Source: Podarcis melisellensis | Lineage: Eukaryota | Strand: one strand, 5' to 3' | Assembly: GCA_964234715.1 (NCBI GenBank) | Contig: OZ174277.1 | DNA length: 64,000 bases | Part shown: positions 24,503 through 38,171 of the stretch, in pieces | How positions within the stretch are numbered: position 1 is the first letter of the stretch | Layout: the number at the start of each line of letters is the position of its first letter | Program-made: the position numbers and the translations under genes | Notes under the pieces: model-generated | Seen by the model: the letters and a program-made list of their open reading frames with translations, nothing else | Databases searched by the model: none | What the model was told of the DNA's origin: nothing

Positions 24503-27088
24503 AACAAGAGCTTGCTATTGCTCTCATGTCCTCCTCGTGAGGCACTTCTCACTGTGGAACTAGATGGGTCTTTAGTCTGATCCAGTAGGCTCTTCCTATG
24601 TAAATAAATATGGCTGAGACTTTGTTTTAAAGAAATCAGAGGGGTTTTTTCCTTATCATCCAAGTTCAACACAGAGGAATAAATCAGTATTTATTTGATT
24701 ATGTAGTACCTTTTGCCTTTAAAAATAGGTATTACTTTAAATTCAGGCTTTTTAGAGATTTTTTTCCATGGATGCTTCTAAGAATTCAGAATCATCTGGA
24801 GGCAACCACGGAGAGAAGCTGCACAAAATTAGCTCTTTTCCATTCTTTTTTTTTTTTTCCTCACAGACCACAAATGACTAAAATACATATGAGCAGGCAG
24901 GCGGGCAGGACTAGTAAAAACATAAAAAAGAAGTCTAGAAAAAATTGTCTACAATGCTATTTTATGATGTCTGACAGCTCTACTCCATTTGTCTTGGTAG
25001 CATTCTTCTTAGGTTTTAAAAGCTGTATGTGCACTGATGAATTATTATGGATGTTACTATTTATCTGCAGTTACACTCTTGCTCCTCCCAAACGAGAGAA
25101 AGAGGAAATGGCTCTACTGCCAGTAGCCACAACTTGGATCAAAATGTGTAACAGAAAAGCTTGCTAACAATTACTTGTGCTTAACTTAAATGACTCCATA
25201 CTTTGTAATTCCCATAAAACATGTTTATTCTTTTGGGATGCTCAACTCAGCACCTTTATGAAGGGGTACAAAAGTGCAAGGGTGCAAGTAAACAGGTAAA
25301 AAAGAAACGAATCTTAGCACAATAACATGGGCAGAAAATGAAACCAGTAGCACAGCAAGTCAACATCAACTAGTTGCCTGAAACATAGGGACTCATTTCT
25401 TCTCTTTCTTTTCTCCCAATTCAAAGTCAATGGGAGAGTTTTTAGATTCAGTGACTTTGTTGGTTGCAGTCTGATTTGCTCAATAATGCCAAAACATTAT
25501 TAGGTGCACTACATGGTAACTGACTGGTTGGGATCATGCCATGAAGACGGAAGAAGACCAAAAATGGCGCTGTAGTTACAATTACGTGATATCCCTTTTA
25601 GGTAACAAATGCCTTAAAAGTTAATAAATAATTTTAATTTCAAATCAGGTATTTTTAAAATGACTTTTAAAATCAAATTATACAGGGAAGTAAGGAAGAA
25701 ATATTCCTAAAATATAGAAAAACAGATTTCCCCCTCTGCTGGTGGAGAGGGAGGTCCACAAGTGAAGAGAGGGATTTGGCACACACCTCAGTACAGCAGA
25801 AAAAAGGCTCTGCTATTGTTGCTGTGTTACCAGCAGTGGAGCTGTAAATGGGGAGTGTCAGGGGAGACCATGTATCTACAGGATGATATGCCTCCTCATT
25901 CCCAGAACCCCCAACAAAGACCTAAATCTACACCTGTCTTGAAGATGGCATTGTTAATTCCTTCCCATTAACTGCAGTGGGAAGGGAGGGACACTAGCAA
26001 CAACCCTAAAGTAGTATATCAGAGGGATATAGATGGTTAAAATACTAATAAATCTGTTCTCAACCCACAAATAGCAATGCTTTATCTCTGCTAATCTTAA
26101 CATATTCTGATCTGAGTGGCATCCCTCAGCCATATTTAGTTACCCAAATTTCCTCATGTGGACTGTTACTGGCTCCAAAAATGTATCTATATTTTAAAAT
26201 GCATATTTTGAGAGAACAACATGGTATAAATACAAATCTCAGCATGAATATTTGTGGAGATGTAATTTGCAGATTTTTTTATTTGTAGAAGCAGAACAAA
26301 ATGGTGATGAAAATTTGAAAGTGATGCAGACTAGAAATAGACCAATTTGTCTATCCTTACACACACAGACTATCCACAGAATTCATATCAGGTTGGATTG
26401 TTAATTGCTCCATGCTGTTTTATCCATGAGGACATGTGGTGTGGACAGTTTTACAGTACCTAAGCTGGAGCTAAAGCATCTTGCCACTGTGGGGATAAAA
26501 CAAAGGTTTAGTATGGGGGGGAAAGGTTTCCCACTTATCCTGTCCTTCCCACACCCTGCCTGACAGCTCTGTATAGAGGAGTTGCTCCTGCTACCTCTGA
26601 CATTTGGAGGATGCCTACCCTTGGTAGGATTTTGTTGCATTCATTTTTTGAAAGTTGTGTTCAATTGTTTGAATTTTGTATTTGTATTAAATGTGAACTA
26701 TTTGCAGAATAGCAACAATCTCACCATCACACTTGGTTTTGGATACATATTATTATTGCCATGTGCAGACTACTTGAAATAGACTCTACATGGAACCATT
26801 TTCATCCATAATGTGTTAGCTCTCATTTCTACACCACATCAGATGTCACTGGCAATATCGAGTGTAAACATGGCCTCCTTCAGTGATGATGACCGTCATC
26901 ATGACCAACTGCTCTGTACATTACATCTGCAGTGTAGAAGCTTTGCATGGCAACTGTACCACGTCTGTAAAGGGCAAAAAGGATTCAGGTGAAAGGATTC
27001 TTTTAGTTGATGGAACAGATGGTGCATGCCCTCATTACCAACCATGAAAGATCACAATTCCATGAATACTTATTTGAGAATAAATTCT

Positions 27089-27290
27089 ATTAGGAGAAAC
27101 CTCTAGAAGTTTCGAGCAGTTTGACAATGGAACCAGTAGATGGGTGGTGTGCTCTCCAGCACTGGAGATCTTCAAGCAGAGGCTGGGCAGATGTGTGCTG
27201 GGAGTCATCTAACTCTGGATAACCCAACATTTAGCAGGATATTGGACTAGATGGCCTACTGGACCCTCCCCCACCTCTGACAATTCTATT
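27089..27290 (+). mobile_element. CR1 LINE 3' fragment
   Basis: ATTAGGAGAAAC..CAATGGAAC..TCTCCAGCACTGGAGATCTTCAAGCAGAGGCTGG..TTGGACTAGATGGCCT..ATTCTAT tail. Confidence 0.8.
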
Positions 27291-27768
27291 ACTTTATTGC
27301 ATCCAAGTGGATATTCTTGGTTCAAAGGACACAAAATAATGCAACTATACCATGCATTGTAGCCATACCAAACATGCATCCAACAAAGTCACCTGAATGA
27401 CTTCTGCCTGTGCAATGGAATTTCATCTCCCTCTCCCTGCATGTCCCTATGCCCCCCCTAAAAAAAATGTTCTAGGGGTTCCCCCAACCCCCTGGAGCAG
27501 ATGGGGGTGCAGGGTGCATGCAGGAAAACTCATCCCATTGTGAAGTGGAAGTCCTTGCAATAATGAGAACTCTGGTGGATACAACCCTAATTAATTCCTC
27601 TAATGAATTTTCTACTGCATCCTTCAGCTAGCAGAAAGCATCATGCTATGGGCCAAACAACACATTACATTAAACACACATTTTGAAAAGTGTGATTAAG
27701 ATAGCCACTTCTGTTATGAAGAAAAAGCCATCTGGATTGGGTGCTGCGCTGTTTCCCTCACCTAAAAT

Positions 27769-27821
27769 CTTCCTTCCTTCCTTCCTTCCTTCCTTCCTTC
27801 CTTCCTTCCTTCCTTCCTTCC
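27769..27821. repeat. (TTCC)n microsatellite
   Basis: Directly visible. Confidence 0.97.
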
Positions 27822-27990
27822 CTATTGCTATTTTTAATGTATTTATTTCAACAATTTATATACTGCTTAAAACCATGGTTTCTAAGTGGTATGCAATGAA
27901 GCTATTAAAAAGATGAAAAGATCATACATGTTAAAATTAACCATAAAATCAGAACATTTGACCAGGCACAGCACAGCAGCTAGATAAATA

Positions 27991-28119
27991 CAGGGATGGT
28001 GAACCCATAAACCTCCAAAAGTTGTTGGATTCCAACTCACATCAGCCCCAGTTAGCATGGCCTATGATCAGGGATGATGGGATTTGGAGTCCAACCATAT
28101 TCTGAAGGGCCACAAGTTC
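27991..28119. mobile_element. hAT-type palindromic MITE
   Basis: CAGGGATGGTGAACC start; internal hairpin GTTGGATTCCAACTC.CATCA ... TGATGGGATTTGGAGTCCAAC. Confidence 0.7.
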
Positions 28120-29499
28120 TGATTTTGATTTTACGTAACATGCTCATTGGCCTTGTGTTATCCCACTGAAACACTAAGTAGCATGGCTCTGTAGTTTTAA
28201 GAGACATGTTTTGATTGAGGTACTTGAATTAGGGGGTGCTGGGCCCCGTTTTGTGAAAGCTTCCTTAGCTACTGTTTTTAAAAAGCCATCATGCCTCATT
28301 GGTCAGCTACTGCCCACCTTAAGCAGGGCAGCCCCTGGTCAATAAAGTTCTTCTCTACAGCCACAGCAGATGCTGCAACCTTCCAACAGTTTGACCTCAC
28401 CCCAAGATGCATGCCTCTATTGTCCCCCGAGATAAATGAATGAGTGATTTGACTAAATTGTGAAAAGCAGCAGAGTTTATGAATTTGATTAATAACCCCC
28501 CAAAAAACAATTCTACCCATAGATTTTTTGGGGGGGGGGATTAATGACTCATGCTGTAAGCAGTTTTCCTTTAGTCACTACAGTTTGAGACCTGTAGTGA
28601 TGTAGGCTGGTTCCCCATATTTTATACTACAACTCCCATTATTCCTGATCATTGGATGACTTGTCTGAGGATGCCAACAACTACTTGGGAGCCAAGGTTG
28701 AAGAATACTTTCATTATAATTTCAGCCACTTTCACAAATCTATGGTGGCATATTTGCCTGCCAAAAAGGGAATTTTTCACAAAACAAGCAAATTAAACCG
28801 CTAAATCATTTAGGCACTAGAAGTGAGACGGGGACCAGTTTAAATTCAACAGATGGCCTGTGCAATTGCCTCCAATGAAAAAAACCCCCAAATCATTTCT
28901 GTTGTTTGTTGATGCTCCTGTTTCTTCACTGTTTTACTATAACAAATATGCTTATGCTTAAGGGAAAATAAAATATTGAGGCATTGCAGAAGTTTTATTA
29001 TTTTTCAGAATGAATGACACATTGATTTCCTTTCATATTGTTCAAAATGTTGTATTTCAGCCCAGATTATATGGAGTGCTGATCACAGCAGGAGACCAAT
29101 ATTTGTCATATCATAGTATGAATAGTTTTCTCCTGAAAATGTTTAATCTTTATTCTCAAATTAAAAAAGAATATCCTGGAAAGAAAAAATATTCAGAGGG
29201 AAATGCAGACTCAAGAGAATTAGAGCTTTGCACAATCACCCCACGCCTGGTATTTTTTTTTTACACACATACACAATCTTACTGTGGACTAATAGAAATT
29301 CTCAAATCAACAACCCATAAATTGGCTGACAGTGGAATTTCATTTTTATCTATTGCCTCATAGATTAAATAAACAGCATTACAGAAGTCAGGGTAGAACA
29401 TGTTCAGGTACAAACATTAAAGGCGGTTAAGCTGTGAAACATGGTGTGTTCTGGTTTAAGATTGAAGGATTTAAACAGATAACTCCATTAAATATTAAG

Positions 29500-30090
29500 A
29501 AATGGAAATGCCTGCCAGAAATGACATCAAGGGTCAACCCGGCAGTGGTGATTCCTATGTCTTACATCAAATAGGGGGATCCCTACAGGGATCGCCGCCT
29601 AGAGGAATGCTGAGGCCCAAGCCCCCATCTGTGCATATGGACAGAAGCAACTCCTTCCTGGATCCCTTTATCAGGATACCCTATTTATGGAGGGGAAGAA
29701 AAGGATACAATCCCCCCCATCCAAGACTAAGGTTACCCAATGCCTAAACTGCCCAAGTTGTAATGATTGCTATGAGGTAGGCAAAAACTCCAGGCCATAA
29801 CCAATTTGCCTGATAGGCAAATTCCTACCTGGCCCTGCTAATATGGTGACCACTGTTACCATAGCAAAGCCAAATCAGTATGTGAAATGCAATAATAATA
29901 AGAGTGGGTGGGTGGATTGATCCAAGAAAGGAGAGCTGGGTATCGGAGGTCAGCATGGATAGTTTTAAATCCCCTGGGAGCAGACCTGAGGGAAGCCTGA
30001 TTGCTCCATCAAGCCCACCCCCAGAGTATGCCCTGGCCTCTGAGCCTGCCTGTCATTGGCCAATTCAGCAGGCTGATGTGGAGCTGGCTC
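29500..30090. mobile_element. Unclassified GC-richer repeat remnant, possibly a DIRS/Ngaro-type terminal repeat; may continue at 31123-31260 beyond the RTE insertion
   Basis: Compositional shift and AAATTCCTACCTGGCCC..ATGGTGACCAC motif; class assignment is from recall only. Confidence 0.3.
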
Positions 30091-31122
30091 TATGGGCCAA
30101 TAAATCATGGCATATGCCCCTACACTCCACAGACGGTACCAAACTTCTAAAAGACAAAGAAGCTATTGCATTGCACTGGAAAGAACATTACCAGCATCTC
30201 CTTAACCACAACTCCCCTGTAGCTGCTGAGGTCCTCTCACAAATTCCACAAAAACAAATTAGAGATGAGCTTGCTGTATTCTCCAAATCTGGGAGAGTTG
30301 TGTACAGCTATTAACCAAATGAAAAACAACAAAGCCAGCAGACCTGGTGGGATACCTGCCGAAGTCTTCAAAGTGGGAGGAATTGAACTTACACAACACA
30401 AGCTCATTAAAAATTATGGAAAAGAGAGGAGATCCCAGCAGACTTTAGGAATGCCAACAGACTATCTTTATTTTCCCCTTGGCCTTCCCCCACTAACTAT
30501 GAATGATGATTTTCAAACCACATAGAAAATGGCTGTGGCAACTAACATCTCTCCAGGTTTCTACTCAGCATGGGATACGAACAGGCCAAAGCTCTCATAA
30601 AGGCTCTGTGGCAGACACAGAGCACCAATTGGATCTAGCCAGGACCCCAACTTTTATTGCCAATGAATCCTTCAGGTACTTCGTAGGACTGGTCATGTTG
30701 TGCGGATGCCTGATGATTGCCTTCCAAAGCAACTACTCTACTCCAAACTTAAAAATGGAAAGTGCAATGCCGGTGGTCAACAAAAGAGATTTAAAGACAA
30801 ATCTAAAAAAAAAAGTAATATAAACACTAACAACTGGGAAACACTGGCCTGAGAATGCTCCAACTGGAGAACAGTCTTTACCAAAGGTGTCATCGACTTT
30901 TAAGATGCTAGAACTCAGGACAAAAGGGAGATACATGCTAAGATGAAGGCACGTTTGGCAAACCCTCACTATGATCAACTCCCACCCAGAAATCTTTGTC
31001 CCCACTGTGGAAGGACGTGTGGATCCAGACCTGGCCTCCACAGTCCCTTACGGATTCACTGTTAAGACCATGTTCATGGAAGGCAATCTTACTTGGCTAC
31101 GAGTGACTGCCAAAGAGAAGAG
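30091..31122 (+). mobile_element. RTE-clade LINE, 5'-truncated and internally deleted
   Basis: PLHSTDGTKLLKDKEAIALHWKEHYQHLLN..IPQ..AINQMKNNKASRPGGIPAEVFKVGG, a C-terminal CPHCGRTCGSRPGLHS.LRIHC* motif and a GAA-type tail; the RT core is missing. Confidence 0.9.
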
Positions 31123-32744
31123 AGCGGAGCCGAATCTCCGGCTCAGGATAGCCCCTTGCGTCCCAACTCTCCAACATCGGGGGGGGGGGGGAGGCAATGG
31201 CTCCTGCAACACTGCCACACCCCCAAAGGGGGTAAGCAGACCTGTCTCTTGCGCTTATTAGCTGTGTGATATCACAAAGCAACAGTCTTCCCCAAGTCTG
31301 TGACATATTGAGAGCCTAATAATCTGATCAAAGGCTAGGGTCATGTTTTGAACTAAAAATGGTTGAGAGGTAAGCAACGTTTGATCTATAATCCCTAACT
31401 TCTTACTGTGTCATGCGCCTCTGCCTCAGTCCTTTACATACTTAGCAATGTCCCTGGTTGAAGTCTCTTTATCACATGTGCACAACACGTATCATTTCAT
31501 TTATTTCACCTCTTAAAAACACCCACTTTTTACATACTGAATTGCTTCTATACAGAGACTTCCAGGACCACCCTGCAAAGCCTAAAATTCAGTAGAAATA
31601 CACATTTGTCAGCTTATGTTGCCTTTACCCAAGTAAGAGAACTATAAACTTTCTTTCTAAAGTAAGTTTGGGATTAGCAGGATTCAGGATGTACTGGATA
31701 TCCCTGCTGGAGGCCAAATTCTGTAATTTTCCAGCTGATGTTTGCCACACAGTTAAACAGCATCTTTGGCCAGGGACTACTTTATGTTTTGCTTAAGAAG
31801 TAGCTGATGCCAGAATGCCACATGAAATATTGATTTAGCCTGTATATGTCCATTTCATTCTGTGAAGCAAAAATCCACAGAGCACCATGTAAATTAAACA
31901 AGTAATGGAAAAGGAGTAAGTAGTTTTATCACTGAGCCATTTGTTTAAAGCATTGGCAGTTTAATTAAAAATTTCTGTTGTAAAAAGAAAAGAAAGAAAA
32001 CCCATTTTGCTTTTCCTAGCTGCTCAAACCAACAGTTGCACACACTTCTTTTCCTCTTGGATGTTTTTTTCCCTAGAAGTAATACCCCATGAACTCAGCT
32101 GGCAATTTACAGGAGTGGGTTTTGTTTTGGAAGTGAAATATAACATCTTTTTCAGGAGGAAAGGAAGATTATTTCTTTTAGTCCCTCACAAAAAGCCTTG
32201 AACAGCATGTTGGAGCTAGCTGGGCTTTTTAGATAGGTTCTCTACTTTTTATATTAAAAAAGCAGGCACAGAATGCTTGCAGCTGTTATAAAGTAGGAGT
32301 TAGCATCAATGATCTGGTGAAGAAAGAAAGGAGAACTGTTCATCACTTCAAGTATATGAGACAGTAACTGAGCAAGAGGCAATGAAAATCCTGACAACGC
32401 AGAACAGCATTTTCCTACTTTTCTTACATTCGGTCTGTACTTTTCATTTCCTAGTTGCCCAAAATCTGCTAAAGAAGAGGAGTTGATATTAATCATTTTC
32501 CTAACATTTTGCTCATGTGCAAAATGATTTGCAATGCTTATCATTCTCTGCCACATCTCTTGAGAGCAAGGCCAATTATGTCATTTTAGAAATGAAGAAA
32601 TGAAGCTGTGGTGAAGCATTGAGGAGGTCATCTGAATTTGACTACTCGACACCTAAATTCTAAACACTACCCAATGGAGCACACTTGATCTCATCCATTA
32701 CCAAAGGGTTTACTAACTCATACATACCACTACGCAGTATGTAT

Positions 32745-33142
32745 GGGAGACGGATGGCGCTGTGGTCTAAACCACTGAGACTCTTGGGCTTGCTAATCAG
32801 AAGGTCGGCAGTTCAAATCCCTGTGACAGAGTGATCTCCAATTGCTCTGTCCCAGCTCCTGCCAACCTAGCAGTTCGAAAGCATGCCTGTGTAAGTAGAT
32901 AAATAGGTACCGCCGCGGCGGGAGGGTAAATGGCGTTTCTGTGTGCTCTAGTTTCTGTCACGGTATTCTGCTGTGCCAGAAGCAGTTTAGTCATGCTGGC
33001 CACATGATCCGGAAAGTTGTCTGTGGACAAACACAGCCTGAAAGTGAGGGTAAGCCCTCGGCCTGAAAGTGAGATGAGTACCACAACCCCACAGTTGCCT
33101 TTGATTGGACTTAACCTTCCTGGGGTCCTTTACCTTTACCTT
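32745..33142 (+). mobile_element. Sauria SINE (different subfamily, with an internal insertion)
   Basis: GGGAGACGGATGGCGCTGTGG head, box B GTTCAAATCC, (ACCTTT)n tail. Confidence 0.93.
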
Positions 33143-33943
33143 ACATACTACCACACAGCCTGCGGCTGCAGATCACACTCTGTAGCAATCCACAGAGGGA
33201 TATTAGATAGGTACTAATCTAATTCTTTGCTAACCCTGGAGCCCAAAAGCTCACCTCTTCTGGCTCAATTTTCTGGTGAGTTAACCCAAATACATTTTGT
33301 GGGACTCAGAAACTAGCAAAGTGGGAAAAGCACGTATTTGATGGGCACAAAAGAACATTGATATTCAATCTATTTAAATAACTTTTAAAAAGATTTGTAA
33401 TTGTAAACAAAACTTCCTTGCCCTAAAGACACAGGCACAGGAAATCAACCTTGCAGAATCATCACTGCTCAAGGTCCGTTTCCAGGAGTATTTATAGCAA
33501 TGGAAAGCAATTTTCAGTGTTACCTTTTCTTTCTGATGTTATCAAGGCTACAGACTCATAGTAACACATACACCAGTTGCTTAACTTTATGAGTGTTGAG
33601 TCTTCTAAATTTAGCTAATGGAAAATTACTCTTATTGCCATCCAGTCAGCTTAGGTGTAATCAAATGTATAACACATACATATGGCAGTAATAATTGCCT
33701 TGTGGTTGAATGTCTCCAACATTAAACACATCAAGGTTGCGATCCTATGTATACTTTCCTGAAATCAATAGGGCTCTCTTAGAAGATCAATATAGGATGA
33801 CAAGTGCACAAGTTTTACCTGGGAATTTCCCTGGGGATGTAAGGCTGGCATCTCAAGCGTATTGAGAAACTTTATTGTAAGGTTAATCTCCGGGAAAAAA
33901 TCTGGCAAGGTCGAACAATTTAGAAGAAACTTCTAATACTATA

Positions 33944-34148
33944 CAGTGGTACCTCTACTTATGGACGCGATCCATTCCAGGGTGCCATTTGCACCCCGAA
34001 AAGTCCGTAAGTAGAGCAACACTTCTGCGCATGATGCAATAGAGTGCTCCTGCGCATGCACGAAGCATGCAGAATGCTTCTGTGCGTGCGGTTTGCCGCA
34101 TTCACAACCCGAAAATCCACAACCTGAACGCAACTAGAGGTATGACTG
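33944..34148. mobile_element. Tc1/mariner MITE
   Basis: TA|CAGTGGTACCTCTACTT ... CAACTAGAGGTATGACTG|TA. Confidence 0.85.
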
Positions 34149-35739
34149 TAGTTTGTAAAGGGTACTTACGTCAAAAAAGAAACACATTTGGTTATTTCAG
34201 GAGATTTAGATTACCAAACAAGAAAAAAACTAATTGGTTGGCTATTTGAAATTCCCATTTTCCCTTCAAGGGCTATTTGGATGCTTGGATACATAGCAGC
34301 CTCTTTGTTGCCTGTGGCACTGTTTTTGTTCCCAGAAATAAAAACTTTGCAACATAACACCATAATAACAGATCACAGCAAATAGAAAAAAAGTAAAACT
34401 ACAAGCTGTGTAACTCCCATTTGCCCTTTCCAACATCAGGTTTTCCTTCTATTCAGTTTACTTAGTAATATTGCCCAAAGCAAGAATCCCTTTATTTGTG
34501 CACTAATTCTAAATCAGTATTATAGTCCCTGTCAACTGCCATTATCCTTGGAGTGGCACTGTTGATCTACCACATAAGAGATGCGATCCACTCAATCGGT
34601 AAGAAATAACATGTCATTTTGCAGTACTGCTTCTGAAGAAAATATCTAGTCTGGAAAATTCTTCTCATGGTGACAAACCACGTGATCAAATTAAAGGCTA
34701 GAATGCAGATGAGATAACTTACTGTAAATTGCCAAACTTCTCTTGGCTCAGAAGGACAAACACTCTTTTGTCATTATCGCAACCATTTGGAGACAAAATT
34801 CACTGTTGTTTCAGTTCAGTTATTTAAAACTGCTTCGTTACTTAATTTTTAAAGTGTCCTAGCAGTGTTTGTGTGAAAGCCAATGCCAGCCACTTTACTA
34901 AGGCATGGAGATAGAAAGGTGTTGGAGTGAGATGTGAGACCAAATTAAACCCTGCTGGTTGGCTCAGGAAGGGATTGCGCTGTCTGCCTGTTTTATGGTT
35001 TGTTCCATGGTTCATGTCATAGTGGAAAGTCAGGCAAAAACACTCCAAGTATAATGTAGGACCAAGAAGGGGTGTGGCCTGAGATGATATGTGGATTGGG
35101 AAGACTTCTGAGGGCCACAAAGACGACGGGAAGGCCACATTTGGTCCCTGAGTCCCCCACCTCTGCCCTAGATTAACAGATTTACAGGTAAAATTATAAA
35201 GATAATATCAAATCAGCATATGTTATGCTTCCTAATGCCATTTCAGCTTCACATTCTCACTTCTTTTGCTGGGTTGCTGGGTCACAATTCTGAATGGCAC
35301 ATTTCCCTTTTAGACCCATATCTTTTTGGCTTGTATTTGACATTTCTGTGGCACACAAAGCACAGACAGGATGGTTTCTATTTTATATCTGGTTCTTAGA
35401 ATTTGAAATGTTAAAACATTCACATTTCTAATATGGCCATGGATATTTTGAGAGGCAGAATCAAGCTAATAATCTCCTTAACAATAACTGAAGGAATAAG
35501 GCAGAAATCACTTAAGCCACTGGTATTTCTGATGATCTTTTTAAAAAATAATAGATAAATCATGGTGAAATTTCTCACAGGACTTAGGTTCACATGTCTC
35601 TAGCTTTTACACTATTAAAATATTTTACTAGGGAAAATACAATGGTTGTATTTAAAAATATTTAAAAGCATGTCATACAGAAAGCAGTGGTTACATTTAC
35701 TTAACAATGTCCCTCATTCACAGCTCTCAAGTACAATTT

Positions 35740-36300
35740 TAAATGGGTGCAGTCATCAGGCCCTTGAGATTTTTGTGTTTCCTGAAGGATAAAACCTGAT
35801 TTGCCTCGTCTATTTGAAATGGATGATGACCCCATTTTAAAAACAGTAAGAGTGATCTTGTGTTATCTACTGTATTCATTTCAACTCGCATTAAAAACAA
35901 ATGCTCCAAACTTGTAGTCATAGGGGAAACATTTAAAAATGTAACTGCACTGTTCCATAAGAGCCAGCAGATCATCGTAAGAACTCTTGCTATTGAGGGA
36001 GGAAACCTTCATACTATTATGGCTATTTTTACAATAATGGGGCATTTGGCAAGATTTCATCCTCTGAACTTCAAAATGGACTGATTCCACAAACCTATTT
36101 CATACAGGTCATTAGAGGTTCCTTATATCATCATCATTTCAGCTTGTCCAATATCCAACATATTTTTTTTTTTTACTCAAGATGCCTAGAATTTGCCCAC
36201 TGTCTTGTTGGAATGCTTGAACCCTTGATTACTTTGCAAAAACTATCACTTAAGGCGCACAGTCAACTGTGAACTGACCAATGGCATGCTGTAATTTGTA
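35740..36300 (-). mobile_element. Ancient non-LTR reverse transcriptase remnant
   Basis: Degenerate motifs in the expected order: SYDDLLAL (YADD-like), MNTVDNTRSL (IN.KTK-like), EANQVLSFR (EQV.SFKYLG-like). Confidence 0.4.
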
Positions 36301-37934
36301 TTCCAAGACAAAAAGCACTGCCTTGGCCATTTGCTTTGTCTAGTTTTTTGTTATTTTGGTTATTGGATGTGTCCAGGCCAACACTGAGTCCTGCCACATT
36401 TCATTTCATTTCATTTCACTTTTGGCCCAAATTCTCTCTCTACAAATATTCACATGTTTCCCACATTACGGAAGAGAATAACTTGGCACAAGCTCATCAT
36501 TTTTGTCTGCAGCTTTGTGTCTCCCATAATATGTAGTTCTACTTTTAAAAATGATAGCTAGAATCTTCTTTAATATTCCCTGGTTTTATAACTCTTAGTT
36601 GAAGAAAAGGAAGCCCGTTATAGCTAGAATAATCGTTTATATGCTATTTTTAACAAAACCTTACACATTTTGTCATTTCATAAAACTGGTAAAAGCCACT
36701 TTTTTTAAAGGCATCATACATAAGTATGCCCTTCATGTTATAAAGAAAAAAAGCTCAAAAAATTATTATATCTAAAAGTATTATTTTTAATTGTACCTAG
36801 CATCATTGCAAAAAGAATTGAAAATGAGCAGATCCATCTCCAGTCTGTGTAAATTTTTCACGTGATCACTCCTAAGTTTGTTCTGGATTCTTTAAAAACA
36901 TCTACATATAAATCCAACTTTATCACAAAATAGTATTTGAATATGTATTTTTATCTCAACATATGCATTTCTGAACAATTTCCTAAACTACTCAATTTAA
37001 CACATTTTTGTATGTTTTCTGAGCCAAGAACCGTATCACAATATCTGGAGAAGGGTGAAATCATAAAGATAATTATGTTCTAATCCACACCTTAGTTAAG
37101 GAGCTGCAAATCAGGATAGCTTACACAGGAATTTGCAGAAATCAAACCCTTCAAGCGTTGTTAATTAGAAGTAGAGCTTTCCCTTTAGAAGTGTCTACCC
37201 TGCTGCTGTGAGAATGACCATGAACAGTTCCACAAGGAATTCATTGTTGACAGGAAGGCTGCTTAAGAAAATGAGGTGTTAACAAAATAATAAAAATTGA
37301 TTGTAGTGTTGCTAATTTCCTGATGTTTTAAAATCTATATATAGGTGTATTACTGTATGCACAGACACCTCCTTGAAATTCAGTATGACTGGCATAGAAC
37401 ATAGCAACATGACACAGCAGTTCTGAACGAAAAATAATCCAGTTTGGTGAATTAGGAAAAGAGCAATATACTGAGTAAGCAAACTGTTGGCCAGGATATT
37501 GCTTTTAATGTTCTTGCCCAGGCCATGAAACTGTATTTTACTTCTCATCCTGAAGTAGAGGGAGCATGTCTTCATTTCCTATTGAAAAGGGTAATTTTGC
37601 TTCAGGTCAGAATTTGCAAACTCAAACACAAATAGAATGGTTTCTTATGAGGATAAGAACATGGCTTGGCACTGCGTAAAGATAAACATACTGCAAAGTA
37701 CTTTCTGGGATTTATTATACTTTTGGGAAAGCCAAATTAATATAATAAATAATTACTTCAGAAACACTGCCCTAAGCCTCAAGATGAGCCCCAAGTCATT
37801 TATCTCAACCACTCCCAACCACAAACATTCAGATTAAAATAAAAAGAGACTTGCATCGAAGCCTTTCTGAGCTTTGCAACAATAACATCACAGCTGCCTA
37901 CTTCGTTTCCATTCCCAGTTTTTCACATTTCATA

Positions 37935-38171
37935 CGGTGGTACCTCGGATTACGAACTTAATCCATTCCGGAAGTGCGTTCTTAAACCGAAACTGTTCTT
38001 AAACTGAGGTGCGCTTTCCCTAATGAGACCTCCCACCACCAGTGCCATTCCACTGTTCAGATTCCATTCATAGACTGAGGTAAAGTTCACAAATCGGGAT
38101 GCTACTTCTGGTTTTGCAGAGTTCGTAAACCAAATTCTAAACAGGACTGTTCTTAAACCAAGGTACCACTG
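37935..38171. mobile_element. Tc1/mariner MITE
   Basis: TA|CGGTGGTACCTCGG ... CCAAGGTACCACTG|TA. Confidence 0.9.

Noticed and set aside
29010-29363. 117-aa ORF behind a strong acceptor (TTTTTTCAG)
   Set aside because: No matching strong donor, AT-rich low-information peptide, no recognisable homology.
33821-33831. Isolated NF-kB consensus GGGAATTTCCC
   Set aside because: A single short motif between repeat remnants, compatible with chance.
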